This document shows positions 10,547-21,655 of a stretch of 45,907 nucleotides of DNA, piece by piece. Source of the DNA: Deltaproteobacteria bacterium (GTDB lineage: Bacteria; Myxococcota; JACRCW01). The notes under the pieces were generated by a model. It made no database searches, was not told where the DNA came from, and worked only from the letters and a program-made list of their open reading frames with translations. Location of the stretch: contig JACRCW010000166.1 in assembly GCA_016218805.1 (NCBI GenBank), positions 1 through 45,907 on the forward strand, written 5' to 3'. The position numbers were made by a program, and so were the translations under genes. The number at the start of each line of letters is the position of its first letter. The first letter of the stretch is position 1.

Positions 10547-12929
10547 GCCGCCTCCGACGGTGCACGGCGGCCGCCACGGCCACGCCCAACCATCCGGCCA
10601 CGGGCGAGCCCGTTGCGCAACCGCAGTCCCACCCCGGTGGCAGGCCGCCCCGTCCTGTGTTGGAGGTTGACGCGGTCCCCCCGGATGCTCCGCCGCTGCT
10701 GATGCCCCCGCTGGAAGGCGGCCCGGAACTGGACGAACCCACATCCGCTCTGCACGTCGCGGACGCCTCGGCCAGGGACACATCATCCACGCCCGCCTCC
10801 ACGATGTTCTGCTGCGCACCGGCGTCCCCAACCACCCACCGCACGCGCAACCGGGCGCCACCCGCCACGGAAAGGCCGGGCACGCGCCATAGCGCCACGT
10901 CCCGGTTGACCCACGCGCCCGGCGAGCCGCCCTCGCGGTGCACCTCGGTCCACGCGCCGTCGTCCACGGAGACCAGCATGACCAGATCGTCACCCCGCGC
11001 GTCATCCACGCGGGACTCCACCAGATCCACCAGCAGCGCCGCATGCCACGCGGACCACGCCAGCACCGGGCGCTGCATCCCCGCCAGGTTCATCACGGGT
11101 GACTGCAGCGTGGTGTGCCCCAGGTCCACGTCGGTTGCATCAAACTCCGCCGGCAGCAGCCCCGGCGGCCCCGGGTCCGTGAGGAACGCGCGCGTACCGT
11201 CAGCGCTGGCATCTTCCGCCGGCTGGAAGCGGATGTGCGCGTAGCCCCAGGCCGCCAGGCTGGTGGGGCGTGGTGCGCCGCGGCTCCACGCCCCCGCCAA
11301 CGCGGTGTCCGTGCCGTCCGGGTCCACGGTCCAACCGGTGCCGTCCTCCATGTCCCAGCGCTGGTGCACGGTCACGCCCACGTCCGCTCGGACGGACGTG
11401 GTGGCCACGCTGGCTCCGCTGGCGGACAGGCGCAGCGTGACCAGCAGGGGCTCGCCGCAGGGGTAGTCCGGCAGCGCGGTGACCGTGAACCGCAAGGGGG
11501 CGCGCGCGGACGTTGCCAGGCTGCCCACCAGCGCAGTGGCGGGTTCCACGTGCGCGTGCGGTCCGGCATCCACCGTCACCGCGGCGGACGCGGAGGGGCT
11601 GGCCCCCAGGTTGTGCACTTCCGCCGTCACGGTGACGGATTCACCGGGCAACACGGCGGAGGGCGTGATGCGCGCGTTGGCCAGTTCCAGCGGGACCCGT
11701 TGGCACACGCCGGACAGGGACGTGCACAGCGTGCCTCGCCCGCGCGTCCATTCCTGGAAGCGCGCCTCCCAACGCACCCGGAAGGTGTCCACCTCCGCCA
11801 CCAGCGCGGTCACCTCCGCCGCCGTGGTTCCGGGCGGCGTGACAACCACCACCGCCATGGAGAAGTCCTTCTGCGCATCCACGTGGTCCGGCACCCGCCG
11901 GCCCAGTGCGGCCATGACGTGGTCCACGGACAGGTCCATGCGCGTGCCGGTGACGGAAATCCCCCGGTCCAGGACCGCACTGGCCGCCACCGCCTGCCCG
12001 CCGTAGCGCGCGTTCTGCACCAGGAAGAACGGCTCCACCTCGTCAGGGGCCAGGAACCCCATCAGGTACAGGTCCAGCGGCGCGTAGCGCGCCCGCGGAG
12101 ACGCGCGGAACTGCGAGTCCGTCGCCACATCAAGGACCGTGAAGGTCCCATCACCGTTGTCGCGCCAGGACACGCCTTCCAGGACGCTGGCGTACTGCTC
12201 CGCGCCGGGGTCCCGCGGACCGGTGTGCACCAGCGCGGACCAGTGCGCGGCCTGCCGTCCCAGCAGCAGCCCCGCCGGGCGCCCCTCATTGAAGCCCTCC
12301 AGGATGAAGCGCGCGTGCACCAGCCACCGGTGGCCCAGCTCGTGACCCGCAATGGCGTGCGCCAGGCTGTCCGGGTCAGAGACGGGCAGCCCGTCATGCG
12401 CGGCATACGCGGCCGGCTGGTTCATGTTGATGAACCCCTGCAGCCGCCCCGCGGACCCCCACGTACGCGCGTCGTCAAACGCATCCACGCCAATGCCCTC
12501 ATCCGCGTTGCGGATCCCCGCGTAGTAGGCAAGCCCGGGGTTCAGCAGGTCATTGAACGCGGGAAACACCACCACGAAGTCAAAGTGGTCACCCTCCTCC
12601 GCAATGGCCTGGGCCGTGATGCGCGCCAGGTCCATGCGCGCGTCGTCCATTCGCAGACCCCAGCCGTCACCCGCCAGGCCGTGCACGGGGGACACGTTGG
12701 TGGTGTCACCCTGGATCACCTTGACCTCGCCCAGGTTCACACTGGTGGCAAACACCCCTTGCGCCACCTGCGGCACCGGTCCCAGTTCCACGTCGGCAGG
12801 CGGGCGCCAGGTTGTGTGGCGCCGGAATGATTCCATGGCGCGCCGCGCTTCCTGGTCCGGAGGCTGCGGGGCCTGGCAGGCCCCGAGCACCACCCCCGTG
12901 ACGACGAAGAGTCCCCGCACCCCGCGCAT
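10533..12929 (-). CDS. Secreted lipoprotein with HExxH zinc-metallopeptidase motif, Ig/CARDB-like domain and MYXO-CTERM-like tail
   Basis: Lipobox VVLGAC, GHELGHRW, Ser/Gly linker then CGCATG..WLGVAVAAAVHRRRRR. Confidence 0.78.
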   Translation of the reverse strand: MRGVRGLFVVTGVVLGACQAPQPPDQEARRAMESFRRHTTWRPPADVELGPVPQVAQGVFATSVNLGEVKVIQGDTTNVSPVHGLAGDGWGLRMDDARMDLARITAQAIAEEGDHFDFVVVFPAFNDLLNPGLAYYAGIRNADEGIGVDAFDDARTWGSAGRLQGFINMNQPAAYAAHDGLPVSDPDSLAHAIAGHELGHRWLVHARFILEGFNEGRPAGLLLGRQAAHWSALVHTGPRDPGAEQYASVLEGVSWRDNGDGTFTVLDVATDSQFRASPRARYAPLDLYLMGFLAPDEVEPFFLVQNARYGGQAVAASAVLDRGISVTGTRMDLSVDHVMAALGRRVPDHVDAQKDFSMAVVVVTPPGTTAAEVTALVAEVDTFRVRWEARFQEWTRGRGTLCTSLSGVCQRVPLELANARITPSAVLPGESVTVTAEVHNLGASPSASAAVTVDAGPHAHVEPATALVGSLATSARAPLRFTVTALPDYPCGEPLLVTLRLSASGASVATTSVRADVGVTVHQRWDMEDGTGWTVDPDGTDTALAGAWSRGAPRPTSLAAWGYAHIRFQPAEDASADGTRAFLTDPGPPGLLPAEFDATDVDLGHTTLQSPVMNLAGMQRPVLAWSAWHAALLVDLVESRVDDARGDDLVMLVSVDDGAWTEVHREGGSPGAWVNRDVALWRVPGLSVAGGARLRVRWVVGDAGAQQNIVEAGVDDVSLAEASATCRADVGSSSSGPPSSGGISSGGASGGTASTSNTGRGGLPPGWDCGCATGSPVAGWLGVAVAAAVHRRRRRAHC

Positions 12930-12990
12930 GGGGAGACTCTACTGCCGCCGCGGCTGGGTGCGTAGCCCGCCGCGCCGGACGGGGCGGCGC

Positions 12991-13620
12991 TCAGCTGCCG
13001 GACGAGGACACCGCCGCCGCCGACGTGGCGGTGGCGCCGGAAGAAGACTGCAGGAGCGAGGATGCACCCGCGCTGGACGCGCCCGCCGATGAAGACGGCG
13101 GCGCCGACGAACAGGCCGCCCCGGAAGACGACGCCGGCGACGCCGACGTTGCAGGCGCCGATGACGACGCCTCACCCGACGACGCGGCACCCGACGACGA
13201 GACGGCGGCTGACGACGACGCGGCGGCTGACGACGAGACGGTTCCCGAGGACGACCCGGTTCCCGACGCGGATGCCGGACCGCTGGATGACGAGTTCCCG
13301 GCCGTGCACGGGTACAACCGCCCGCAGAACGCGGCCACGCCGGCGTCCCCCTTCTGGCAGGCCACGCATGCCGCGTGGAGGCACACCGCGGCGGGCGCGG
13401 TGACGTCGGCGCAGGCGGCCTCGCAGCCCTCATGCACGCACACGGCAAACCCGGCATCCGTCCCCGCGTCCGCCGGCACCCCGCCGCCGTCCCGCGGGTG
13501 TGCCGGGCCCACCCCCGCGTCATATGGGTTGCGGCACGCATCCAGGACGGTCACGCACAGGTTGGTGCAGCCGGCGCCGGCCAGCAGCGCGGCGGCCAGC
13601 GCAACGAGCGGACGGCGCAT
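12991..13620 (-). CDS. Cys-rich lipoprotein with Ser/Ala-rich tail
   Basis: MRRPLVALAAALLAGAGC lipobox, DAG repeats, many Cys, SSS repeats; starts 1 nt after the AAA gene stop. Confidence 0.7.
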   Translation of the reverse strand: MRRPLVALAAALLAGAGCTNLCVTVLDACRNPYDAGVGPAHPRDGGGVPADAGTDAGFAVCVHEGCEAACADVTAPAAVCLHAACVACQKGDAGVAAFCGRLYPCTAGNSSSSGPASASGTGSSSGTVSSSAAASSSAAVSSSGAASSGEASSSAPATSASPASSSGAACSSAPPSSSAGASSAGASSLLQSSSGATATSAAAVSSSGS

Positions 13621-13621
13621 G

Positions 13622-15442
<1,821 letters not shown>

Positions 15443-15608
15443 GGCGCGCGACCGTAGGGCAGCCACCCCAGGCGCTCAACCTGCCGGGAACCGGACGTCG
15501 TCACAGCGGGGCTGGCCAGGGCGCGCGCCGGGCGCCGGCGGCTGCCGCGGGGCCTTGCCCTGTCGGGCCGAGCGGTCTAAGGGTGCGCGCCTTCACGAGG
15601 TAGAGACC

Positions 15609-16163
15609 ATGCTCAACCGCTTCGTTCGTTCCTCCGCCGCCCTGATGGGCCTCGCATTCCTCCTGGCCACGGTGACCACCCACGCGCAGCCGGCCGCGAC
15701 GCCGACCGATCCGGCCGCCGCACCAGCCCTGGTGCCGGCGGATCCCAACGCGGCCCCGGCCGAGCCGGCACCCGCCGAGGACCCCGCGAAGAAGAAGGAA
15801 GAGGAGAAGAAGGACGAGGCGGCCGCACCCGCACCCGCGGCCGACACACCCGTGGCCGACGCGCCCGTGGCTGCCCCGGCGCCGGAACCCACGCCGGAAC
15901 CCGCCAAGCCCGCGGCCGCTGCCACCACCGCGGAGAAGGGCTGGGGCTGGCTGTCGGTCGGTGGCTGGGCGGCACTCGCCGTTGGCACCATTGGCGTGGT
16001 CATTGGCGCCGTCACGCTGGCCAACCCGCAGGACTTCTACGCGGCCACCGCCAACCGCCGCATCACGCCCAACAGCGTGTTCGGGTTTGGTGCGCTGGTG
16101 GCCGGCGCGGCCCTGGCCGTTGCGGGTGGCGTGCTGTTGTACCTGGACACCGCGCTGAACTGA
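15609..16163 (+). CDS. Hypothetical membrane protein (signal peptide, Pro/Ala linker, two C-terminal TM helices)
   Basis: RBS GAGG before ATG 15609; hydrophobic segments; codon usage. Confidence 0.7.
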   Translation: MLNRFVRSSAALMGLAFLLATVTTHAQPAATPTDPAAAPALVPADPNAAPAEPAPAEDPAKKKEEEKKDEAAAPAPAADTPVADAPVAAPAPEPTPEPAKPAAAATTAEKGWGWLSVGGWAALAVGTIGVVIGAVTLANPQDFYAATANRRITPNSVFGFGALVAGAALAVAGGVLLYLDTALN

Positions 16164-16378
16164 CCCCGCGGTCCTGCCCGTCCCGCCGGTCCTTCTCCGG
16201 CCGCCGCGGGCGCTTGCCCCGTCCCACCCTGCTGTCTCGCACCCGTCGTCGTCGCACCGCGCCGGAATGAGCCCGCGCGCAAGCCCGGGCCGGGTTGGGC
16301 TTGGAAGGATGGGCCGGCGGCCGGCGCGGGACCCATTCTGGCCCCCGGAGTGTAACGACAACCGTTACAGTTGAGACG

Positions 16379-17311
16379 TCAGCCGGCCAGCGCCACGCCT
16401 TGAGCAGGCTTCACGCGCGGGCGATAGCGCGCGGCCACGGGCGCCGGCAGGTCCGACGCCAGGATCCACTCCACCGCGTCCTGCTGCAGGATGGCGCGGC
16501 CCAGCGCCACGTGGAGCGCATGACCGGCCTTGTGCAACTCCACGCAGCCCATCATGGGCGCGCCCAGCAGGTAGAGGTCCCCCAGCGCGTCCAGAATCTT
16601 GTGCCGCACAAACTCATCCTGGAACCGCAGCCCCTCGGGATTCATGATGCACTCGCGGTCCACCACCACCGCGTTCTCCAGCGACCCGCCGCGCGCCAGC
16701 CCCGCCTTGCGCAGCATCTCCACCTCGTGCAGGAAGCCGAACGTCCGCGCGTGCGCCAGGTCCTTGCGGAACACCTCGCCGTCCACCGTGAGGGACAGCT
16801 GCTGCTGCGTGATGAGCGGGTGGCGGAAATCAATGGCGCACGCCACGGACAGCCCCACGCCCGGCCGCACGCTGGCGCGCTTGTCACCGTCCCGCACCTC
16901 CACCGGCGCCGCCACCCGCGCCACGCGCCGCGCCGCGGTCTGGGCCACCAGGCCGGCCTGCTCCACCAGCTCCACCCACGGACCCGCTGAGCCGTCCATC
17001 ACCGGCACTTCCGGGCCCGTCACGTCCACCACCGCGTTGTCCACCCCGCACGCCCACAGCGCCGCCAGCACGTGTTCCACGGTGGACAGCGTCACGCCGT
17101 CCCGCCCAATCATGGTGGCCAGCCGCGTGTCCACCACGTGGGACAGCCGCGCGGGGATCTCCACCACGCGCGCCACGTCCGTCCGGCGGAACACAATGCC
17201 CGCGCCCGCGTCCGCCGGCCGCAGCGTCAAGCGGATGGGCGCCCCCGTGTGCAGCCCCACCCCTTCACTGGACACGTGCGTGGCAAGCGTGTGCTGGTGG
17301 TTCTGGCTCAT
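16379..17311 (-). CDS. lpxC: UDP-3-O-acyl-N-acetylglucosamine deacetylase
   Basis: GVGLHTG, TVEHVLAAL, PVMDGSA, ARTFGF, RHKILDALGDL. Confidence 0.97.
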   Translation of the reverse strand: MSQNHQHTLATHVSSEGVGLHTGAPIRLTLRPADAGAGIVFRRTDVARVVEIPARLSHVVDTRLATMIGRDGVTLSTVEHVLAALWACGVDNAVVDVTGPEVPVMDGSAGPWVELVEQAGLVAQTAARRVARVAAPVEVRDGDKRASVRPGVGLSVACAIDFRHPLITQQQLSLTVDGEVFRKDLAHARTFGFLHEVEMLRKAGLARGGSLENAVVVDRECIMNPEGLRFQDEFVRHKILDALGDLYLLGAPMMGCVELHKAGHALHVALGRAILQQDAVEWILASDLPAPVAARYRPRVKPAQGVALAG

Positions 17312-17365
17312 GCCTTGGGCCTCGGTCTGGGCCGGGGTGGATCCGGCGCAAGGGACGGCCCCAGC

Positions 17366-17380
17366 GCAAGAGACGTGCCA
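17366..17380 (-). promoter_or_regulatory. Sigma-54 (-24/-12) promoter upstream of lpxC
   Basis: Minus strand TGGCAC-GTCTC-TTGC, an exact match to the TGGCAC-N5-TTGC consensus, 54 nt before the ATG. Confidence 0.7.
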
Positions 17381-17571
17381 CGTTGTTGAATTCATGGATG
17401 AACGCGCGTGCGGGCGCGGACGGACGCGGGAATTCGCGGCGGGGACAAATCCGGCGCCGGCGGGTCACCCGGGCCGCAGTGTGACGACGAGGCACACGGA
17501 ATGGGGCGTGGCGTTCACACGTGACGGTTCGAAACATTGACGGCGCCGGGCATCAGGCGGACGCTTCAGGC

Positions 17572-18801
17572 ATGGCAAAGATCATGGGAATGATCCTGGC
17601 TGGCGGCGAGGGACGGCGGTTGTGGCCGTTGACCGCGGACCGCGCGAAGCCCGCCGTGCCCTACGGTGGCAAATACCGGCTCATTGACTTTGTGTTGACC
17701 AACTTTGCGCACAGCGGGTTCCTGCGCCTCAAGGTCCTCACGCAGTACAAGAGCGAATCCCTCAACGTGCACATCAGCCGCGGCTGGCGCCTGTCCACGC
17801 TGCTGGACAACTACATTGAGGTGGTGCCGCCGCAGCAGCGCATCAACCGCGACTGGTACAAGGGCAGCGCGGACGCGATCTACCAGAACCTCAACGTCAT
17901 CTCCGACGAGAACCCTGACGACGTGTTCGTGTTTGGCGCGGACCACGTGTACCGCATGGACCTGCGGCCCATGTTCCGCCTGCACAAGAAGAACAAGGCG
18001 GCGTGCACGGTGGCGGCGCTCCCGGTGCCCATTGCGCAGGCGAACCAATTTGGCGTGCTGGAGGTGGACCAGAACTGGATGATGGTGGGCTTCCAGGAGA
18101 AGCCCAAGCAGCCCAAGCCCATGCCGGGCAATCCCAACCTGGCCCTGGTCTCCATGGGCAACTACCTGTTTGACCGCAAGGTGCTGTGCGCGGAGGTCAC
18201 GCGTGACGCGCCGCTGGAGACCAACCACGACTTTGGCAAGGACATCATTCCGGGGCTGCTGGGGCGTTTCCCGGTGTTTGTCTATGACTTCCTGCAGAAC
18301 GAGATCCCCGGCGTGGAGGGTGACGAGAAGGGCTACTGGCGCGACGTGGGGACCATTGAGAGCTACTTCGCGTCCAACATGGACCTCATCAGCGTCAAGC
18401 CGCAGTTCAACTTGTACAACAACGGCTGGCAGATCATGACGCACACCAAGACGCTGCCGCCGGCCAAGTTTGTCTTTGATGACCCGGGCAGCCAGCGGCA
18501 GGGCCTGGCGCTCAACTCCATGGTGTCTGACGGCTGCATCATCTCCGGCGGCCGGCTGCGCCGCTGCATCCTGGCACCGGAGTGCCGCATCAACAGCTAC
18601 AGCGAGATGGAGGACTGCATCCTGTTTGACAGCGTGCAGGTGGGCCGCCGCTCGCGCATCCGGCGCGCCATCATTGACAAGAACATTGTGATTCCCCCGG
18701 ACACCACCATTGGCTACGACGTGGAGGCGGACAAGAAGCGCTTCCACGTCTCCGAAGGCGGCATTGTGGTCATCCCCAAGGGCTACACGTTTGGTTCATG
18801 A
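17572..18801 (+). CDS. glgC: Glucose-1-phosphate adenylyltransferase
   Basis: [54 protein letters not shown]. Confidence 0.97.
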   Translation: MAKIMGMILAGGEGRRLWPLTADRAKPAVPYGGKYRLIDFVLTNFAHSGFLRLKVLTQYKSESLNVHISRGWRLSTLLDNYIEVVPPQQRINRDWYKGSADAIYQNLNVISDENPDDVFVFGADHVYRMDLRPMFRLHKKNKAACTVAALPVPIAQANQFGVLEVDQNWMMVGFQEKPKQPKPMPGNPNLALVSMGNYLFDRKVLCAEVTRDAPLETNHDFGKDIIPGLLGRFPVFVYDFLQNEIPGVEGDEKGYWRDVGTIESYFASNMDLISVKPQFNLYNNGWQIMTHTKTLPPAKFVFDDPGSQRQGLALNSMVSDGCIISGGRLRRCILAPECRINSYSEMEDCILFDSVQVGRRSRIRRAIIDKNIVIPPDTTIGYDVEADKKRFHVSEGGIVVIPKGYTFGS

Positions 18802-19289
18802 GGGCGCCCGTGATTGACGCGCAGGAGCTGGCACACTGGCGGGCGGCACCGCCCGTTGAGCTGGTGGACCACCTCATGGAGGCCTACCACGCACCGCTGC
18901 GCGAGGGACTGCCGCGCCTGGCGGCGATGATTGCCCGCGCGCGGCCGCCGGGACCGGAGGGGGACGCCATCCTCAAGTGCTTTGAGACGCTGTCCAACGA
19001 GTTGGACCACCACATCCACCACGAAGAGGTGGCGCTGTTCCCCGTGGTGCGGGCCGGGCAGAAGGTGGTGGAGGGGCGCGGGCTGTGGGGGCTGCGCGCG
19101 GAGCACGCGGGCACCGCGGCCGGGCTGCATGATCTCGCGCGGCTCACCCACGGGTACGCCGTGCCGGACGGCGCCACCCCGGCGTGGCGCGCATGCCTGG
19201 AGGGGCTGCGCAACCTGGACGAGGCAACGCAGGACCACATGAAGCTGGAGGACGAGGTGCTGCTGCCCGCGGTGGTGGCCGCGCCCTGA
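18798..19289 (+). CDS. Hemerythrin-domain protein (RIC/YtfE-like, no ScdA_N domain)
   Basis: [41 protein letters not shown] overlap with glgC. Confidence 0.82.
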   Translation: MRAPVIDAQELAHWRAAPPVELVDHLMEAYHAPLREGLPRLAAMIARARPPGPEGDAILKCFETLSNELDHHIHHEEVALFPVVRAGQKVVEGRGLWGLRAEHAGTAAGLHDLARLTHGYAVPDGATPAWRACLEGLRNLDEATQDHMKLEDEVLLPAVVAAP

Positions 19290-19295
19290 GGTTCA

Positions 19296-19828
19296 GGACC
19301 GCTTCCAGAAGAGTGATCTTGGGAGCGGGCTTCTGCGGCCGCGGGTTGCCACGGCGCAGTGAAGGGGTGCCGCCGAGGGCTCCGCGCTACCGCAGAGGGT
19401 TCCGCAGGTCTCCGCACGTGCCCGCGGGTCCTCCACGCGCTTCCGCATGTGCCCACGGGTCTTCCAAGCGCTTCCGCACGTTTCCTGTAGGGCGGGGGCT
19501 TGTCCCCCGCTCGGATGAGATGCAGGGCCGTTCGGACGCGATGACTTCCTCCACCGCGTCGCAGAGAACGGATTGGGCTCGAACGTGCTCTCCACGCGGA
19601 GTTGGGCCGCGGTGTTCGATCGAACACCATGGCGTCAGGGCGCGCCCGCGTTTGAGTGAACCGGGGCGGGGGACAGCCCGGACAAGCCCGGACAAGCCCC
19701 CGCCCTACGGCGTGGTTCGTTGCCGGCGTGGTTCATGACCGGCCCTGTCGTCGATGGCGAACCTCGCCGCGTAAATCACCGCGCGCAGTCTCGCCTCATC
19801 GGATCACCCTTTCTCTGGGGACCTGTAC
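19296..19828. mobile_element. MITE-like element family A, copy 2 (533 bp), containing a REP doublet
   Basis: Ends GGACCGCTTCCAGAAGAGTGATC / GATCACCCTTTCTCTGGGGACCTGTAC, flanked by TCA on both sides (19293-95, 19829-31); homologous to 5273-5527. Confidence 0.72.
19487..19708. repeat. Inverted GTAG-REP pair (REPIN-like)
   Basis: GTAGGGCGGGGGCTTGTCCCCCGCTC at 19487 and an inverted copy ending CCCCCGCCCTAC at 19708, with internal GGACAAGCCC tandem expansion. Confidence 0.78.
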
Positions 19829-21595
19829 TCAGGACACTTCCGACCAGCGCGGCGAGGCGGCGAACGCCGCGTGGATCATCCCGACGTGGGAATACGCCTG
19901 CGGGAAGTTCCCCCACATGGTCTTGGTGCGCGGGTCCATGTCCTCAGAAAGCAGCCCCAGCGGCGGGGCCAGGAAGCGCACACGCTCCAGGATCGCCCGG
20001 GCCTCCTCAACGCGGCCGATGGCCGCCAGCGCCTCCACCAGCCAGAACGTGCACAGCGTGAAGGCCACCGCGGGGACGCCGAGCCCGTCGTCAGAGCGGT
20101 AGCGGCGCAGCCACCCGTCCACCTCCAGGTCCGCCCGCACCGCGTCCACCGTTGCCACCATGCGCGCATCGCTCGGGGCCAGCAGGCGCAGGGTCACCGC
20201 CTGCAGCAGGGCGGCGTCCACCTCGCGGCCGCCGTGGTCCGCCACCAGGCAGCCGCGCACCGGGTCCAGCGCCTGCTCCAGGATCACCGCCCGCGTCCGC
20301 GCCGCGGCGGTGCTGAACTCCTCCGCGTCCGCGGGCCGGTGAACGCGCGCAATGCGCGCCATGCGGTCCGCCGCGGCCCAGCACATCAGCGTGCTGAACG
20401 TCTGCGGCCGCCACTCCTTGCGGTACTCCCAGATGCCCGCGTCCGGCTCCCCGGCCACGCGCACCGCCTTGCGCGCCAACCGCGTCACCAGGTCCAGCGC
20501 GGGCGGCGTCACCTGTTCCTTGAAGCGCGCGTCCAGGAACATGGGTGTGAGCGCCAGGACCATTTCGCCAAACACGTCATGCTGGCGGTGGGTCACCGCG
20601 TCGTTCCCCACGCGCACCGGTCCCTCACCGCGGAAGCCGGGCCACTCCGGCAGCGTGCGCTCCGCCAGGTCCGTCCGCCCGTCCACGCGGTACAGCGGCG
20701 CCAGGTCCAGCTCCGGTGCGGAAGACGCCACGTTCAGCAGGAACTGCAGGAACTGTTCGCGCTCCTCAAAGTGCCCCAGCAGCCGGAACGCCTCCAGCGC
20801 GTAGAATGAGTCACGCAGCCAGCAGTAGCGGTAGTCCCACGTGCGCCCGGAACCCGGCGCCTCCGGGATGGACGTGGTCAGCGCAGCGACGATGGCTCCG
20901 GTGTCCTCAAAGCAATGCAGCTTGAGGGCCAGCGCCGAGCGGATGACCTCCTCCTGGTACAGCGGCGGGATGTCACACTCCTTTACCCAATGCTGCCAGT
21001 ACTGGACGGTGCCGCGCAGGAACCGGTCACACAGCGGCGTCAGCGGCTCCTCCACCGGCGCGCCCCAGGAAAACACAAAGTGCCGCCGCGCGGACAACGC
21101 AAACGGCTCGCCGTTCAGGTAGGACAGCGAGGCGTCTGTCGTCAGGCGCACGTCCGTCTCGTACCCCCGGTACCCGACGTGGTGGGACCCGACGTCACGC
21201 TGGGGCCGTTCACGCGTCCAGCCCAGGATGGGATCACACCGCACGCGGATGCGCGGCATGCCGGACAGCGGCTCCACCATGCGCACCAGCTTGCTGGGCC
21301 GGAAGCTGCGCTCAAACTGCACAAACCGCGGCGCAAAATCCAACACGCGGAACGTGCCGTCCGCGCCTTCAAACCGCGTCTCCAGCACGTTGGTGTTGGG
21401 CAGGTAGCGCTGGATGCCCACGCCGCCGTCCGCAGGGCCAACCAGGAACTCGCCGCCGCCTCCCTCATCCAGCAGCGCGGCGAACACCGGCGGCGAGTCA
21501 AACCGCGGCAGGCAGGACCACACGATGGCGCCGCGGCGGTCCACCAGCGCGGACACCTGGCAGTTCCCGATGAGCCCGAGATCGCGCAGGTCCAT
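19829..21595 (-). CDS. Glycoside hydrolase family 15 (trehalase/glucoamylase-like)
   Basis: LIGNCQVSALVD, GAIVAALTTSIPE, WDYRYCWLRD, DAGIWEYR, GNFPQAYSH. Confidence 0.93.
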   Translation of the reverse strand: MDLRDLGLIGNCQVSALVDRRGAIVWSCLPRFDSPPVFAALLDEGGGGEFLVGPADGGVGIQRYLPNTNVLETRFEGADGTFRVLDFAPRFVQFERSFRPSKLVRMVEPLSGMPRIRVRCDPILGWTRERPQRDVGSHHVGYRGYETDVRLTTDASLSYLNGEPFALSARRHFVFSWGAPVEEPLTPLCDRFLRGTVQYWQHWVKECDIPPLYQEEVIRSALALKLHCFEDTGAIVAALTTSIPEAPGSGRTWDYRYCWLRDSFYALEAFRLLGHFEEREQFLQFLLNVASSAPELDLAPLYRVDGRTDLAERTLPEWPGFRGEGPVRVGNDAVTHRQHDVFGEMVLALTPMFLDARFKEQVTPPALDLVTRLARKAVRVAGEPDAGIWEYRKEWRPQTFSTLMCWAAADRMARIARVHRPADAEEFSTAAARTRAVILEQALDPVRGCLVADHGGREVDAALLQAVTLRLLAPSDARMVATVDAVRADLEVDGWLRRYRSDDGLGVPAVAFTLCTFWLVEALAAIGRVEEARAILERVRFLAPPLGLLSEDMDPRTKTMWGNFPQAYSHVGMIHAAFAASPRWSEVS

Positions 21596-21605
21596 GAAGG
21601 GATTG

Positions 21606-21645
21606 GTAGCACGCGATGCTTGGGTACCCAAGTACCGCGTGCTAC
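21606..21645. promoter_or_regulatory. 40-bp near-perfect palindrome in the divergent GH15/otsA promoter region
   Basis: GTAGCACGCGATGCTTGGGT|ACCCAAGTACCGCGTGCTAC, 18/20 pairs. Confidence 0.65.
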
Positions 21646-21655
21646 ATCCGCGCTG

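Noticed and set aside
16351..16369. TGTAACG-N5-CGTTACA inverted repeat after lpxC
   Set aside because: Short stem with no U-tract, between convergent genes; cannot be called a terminator or operator.
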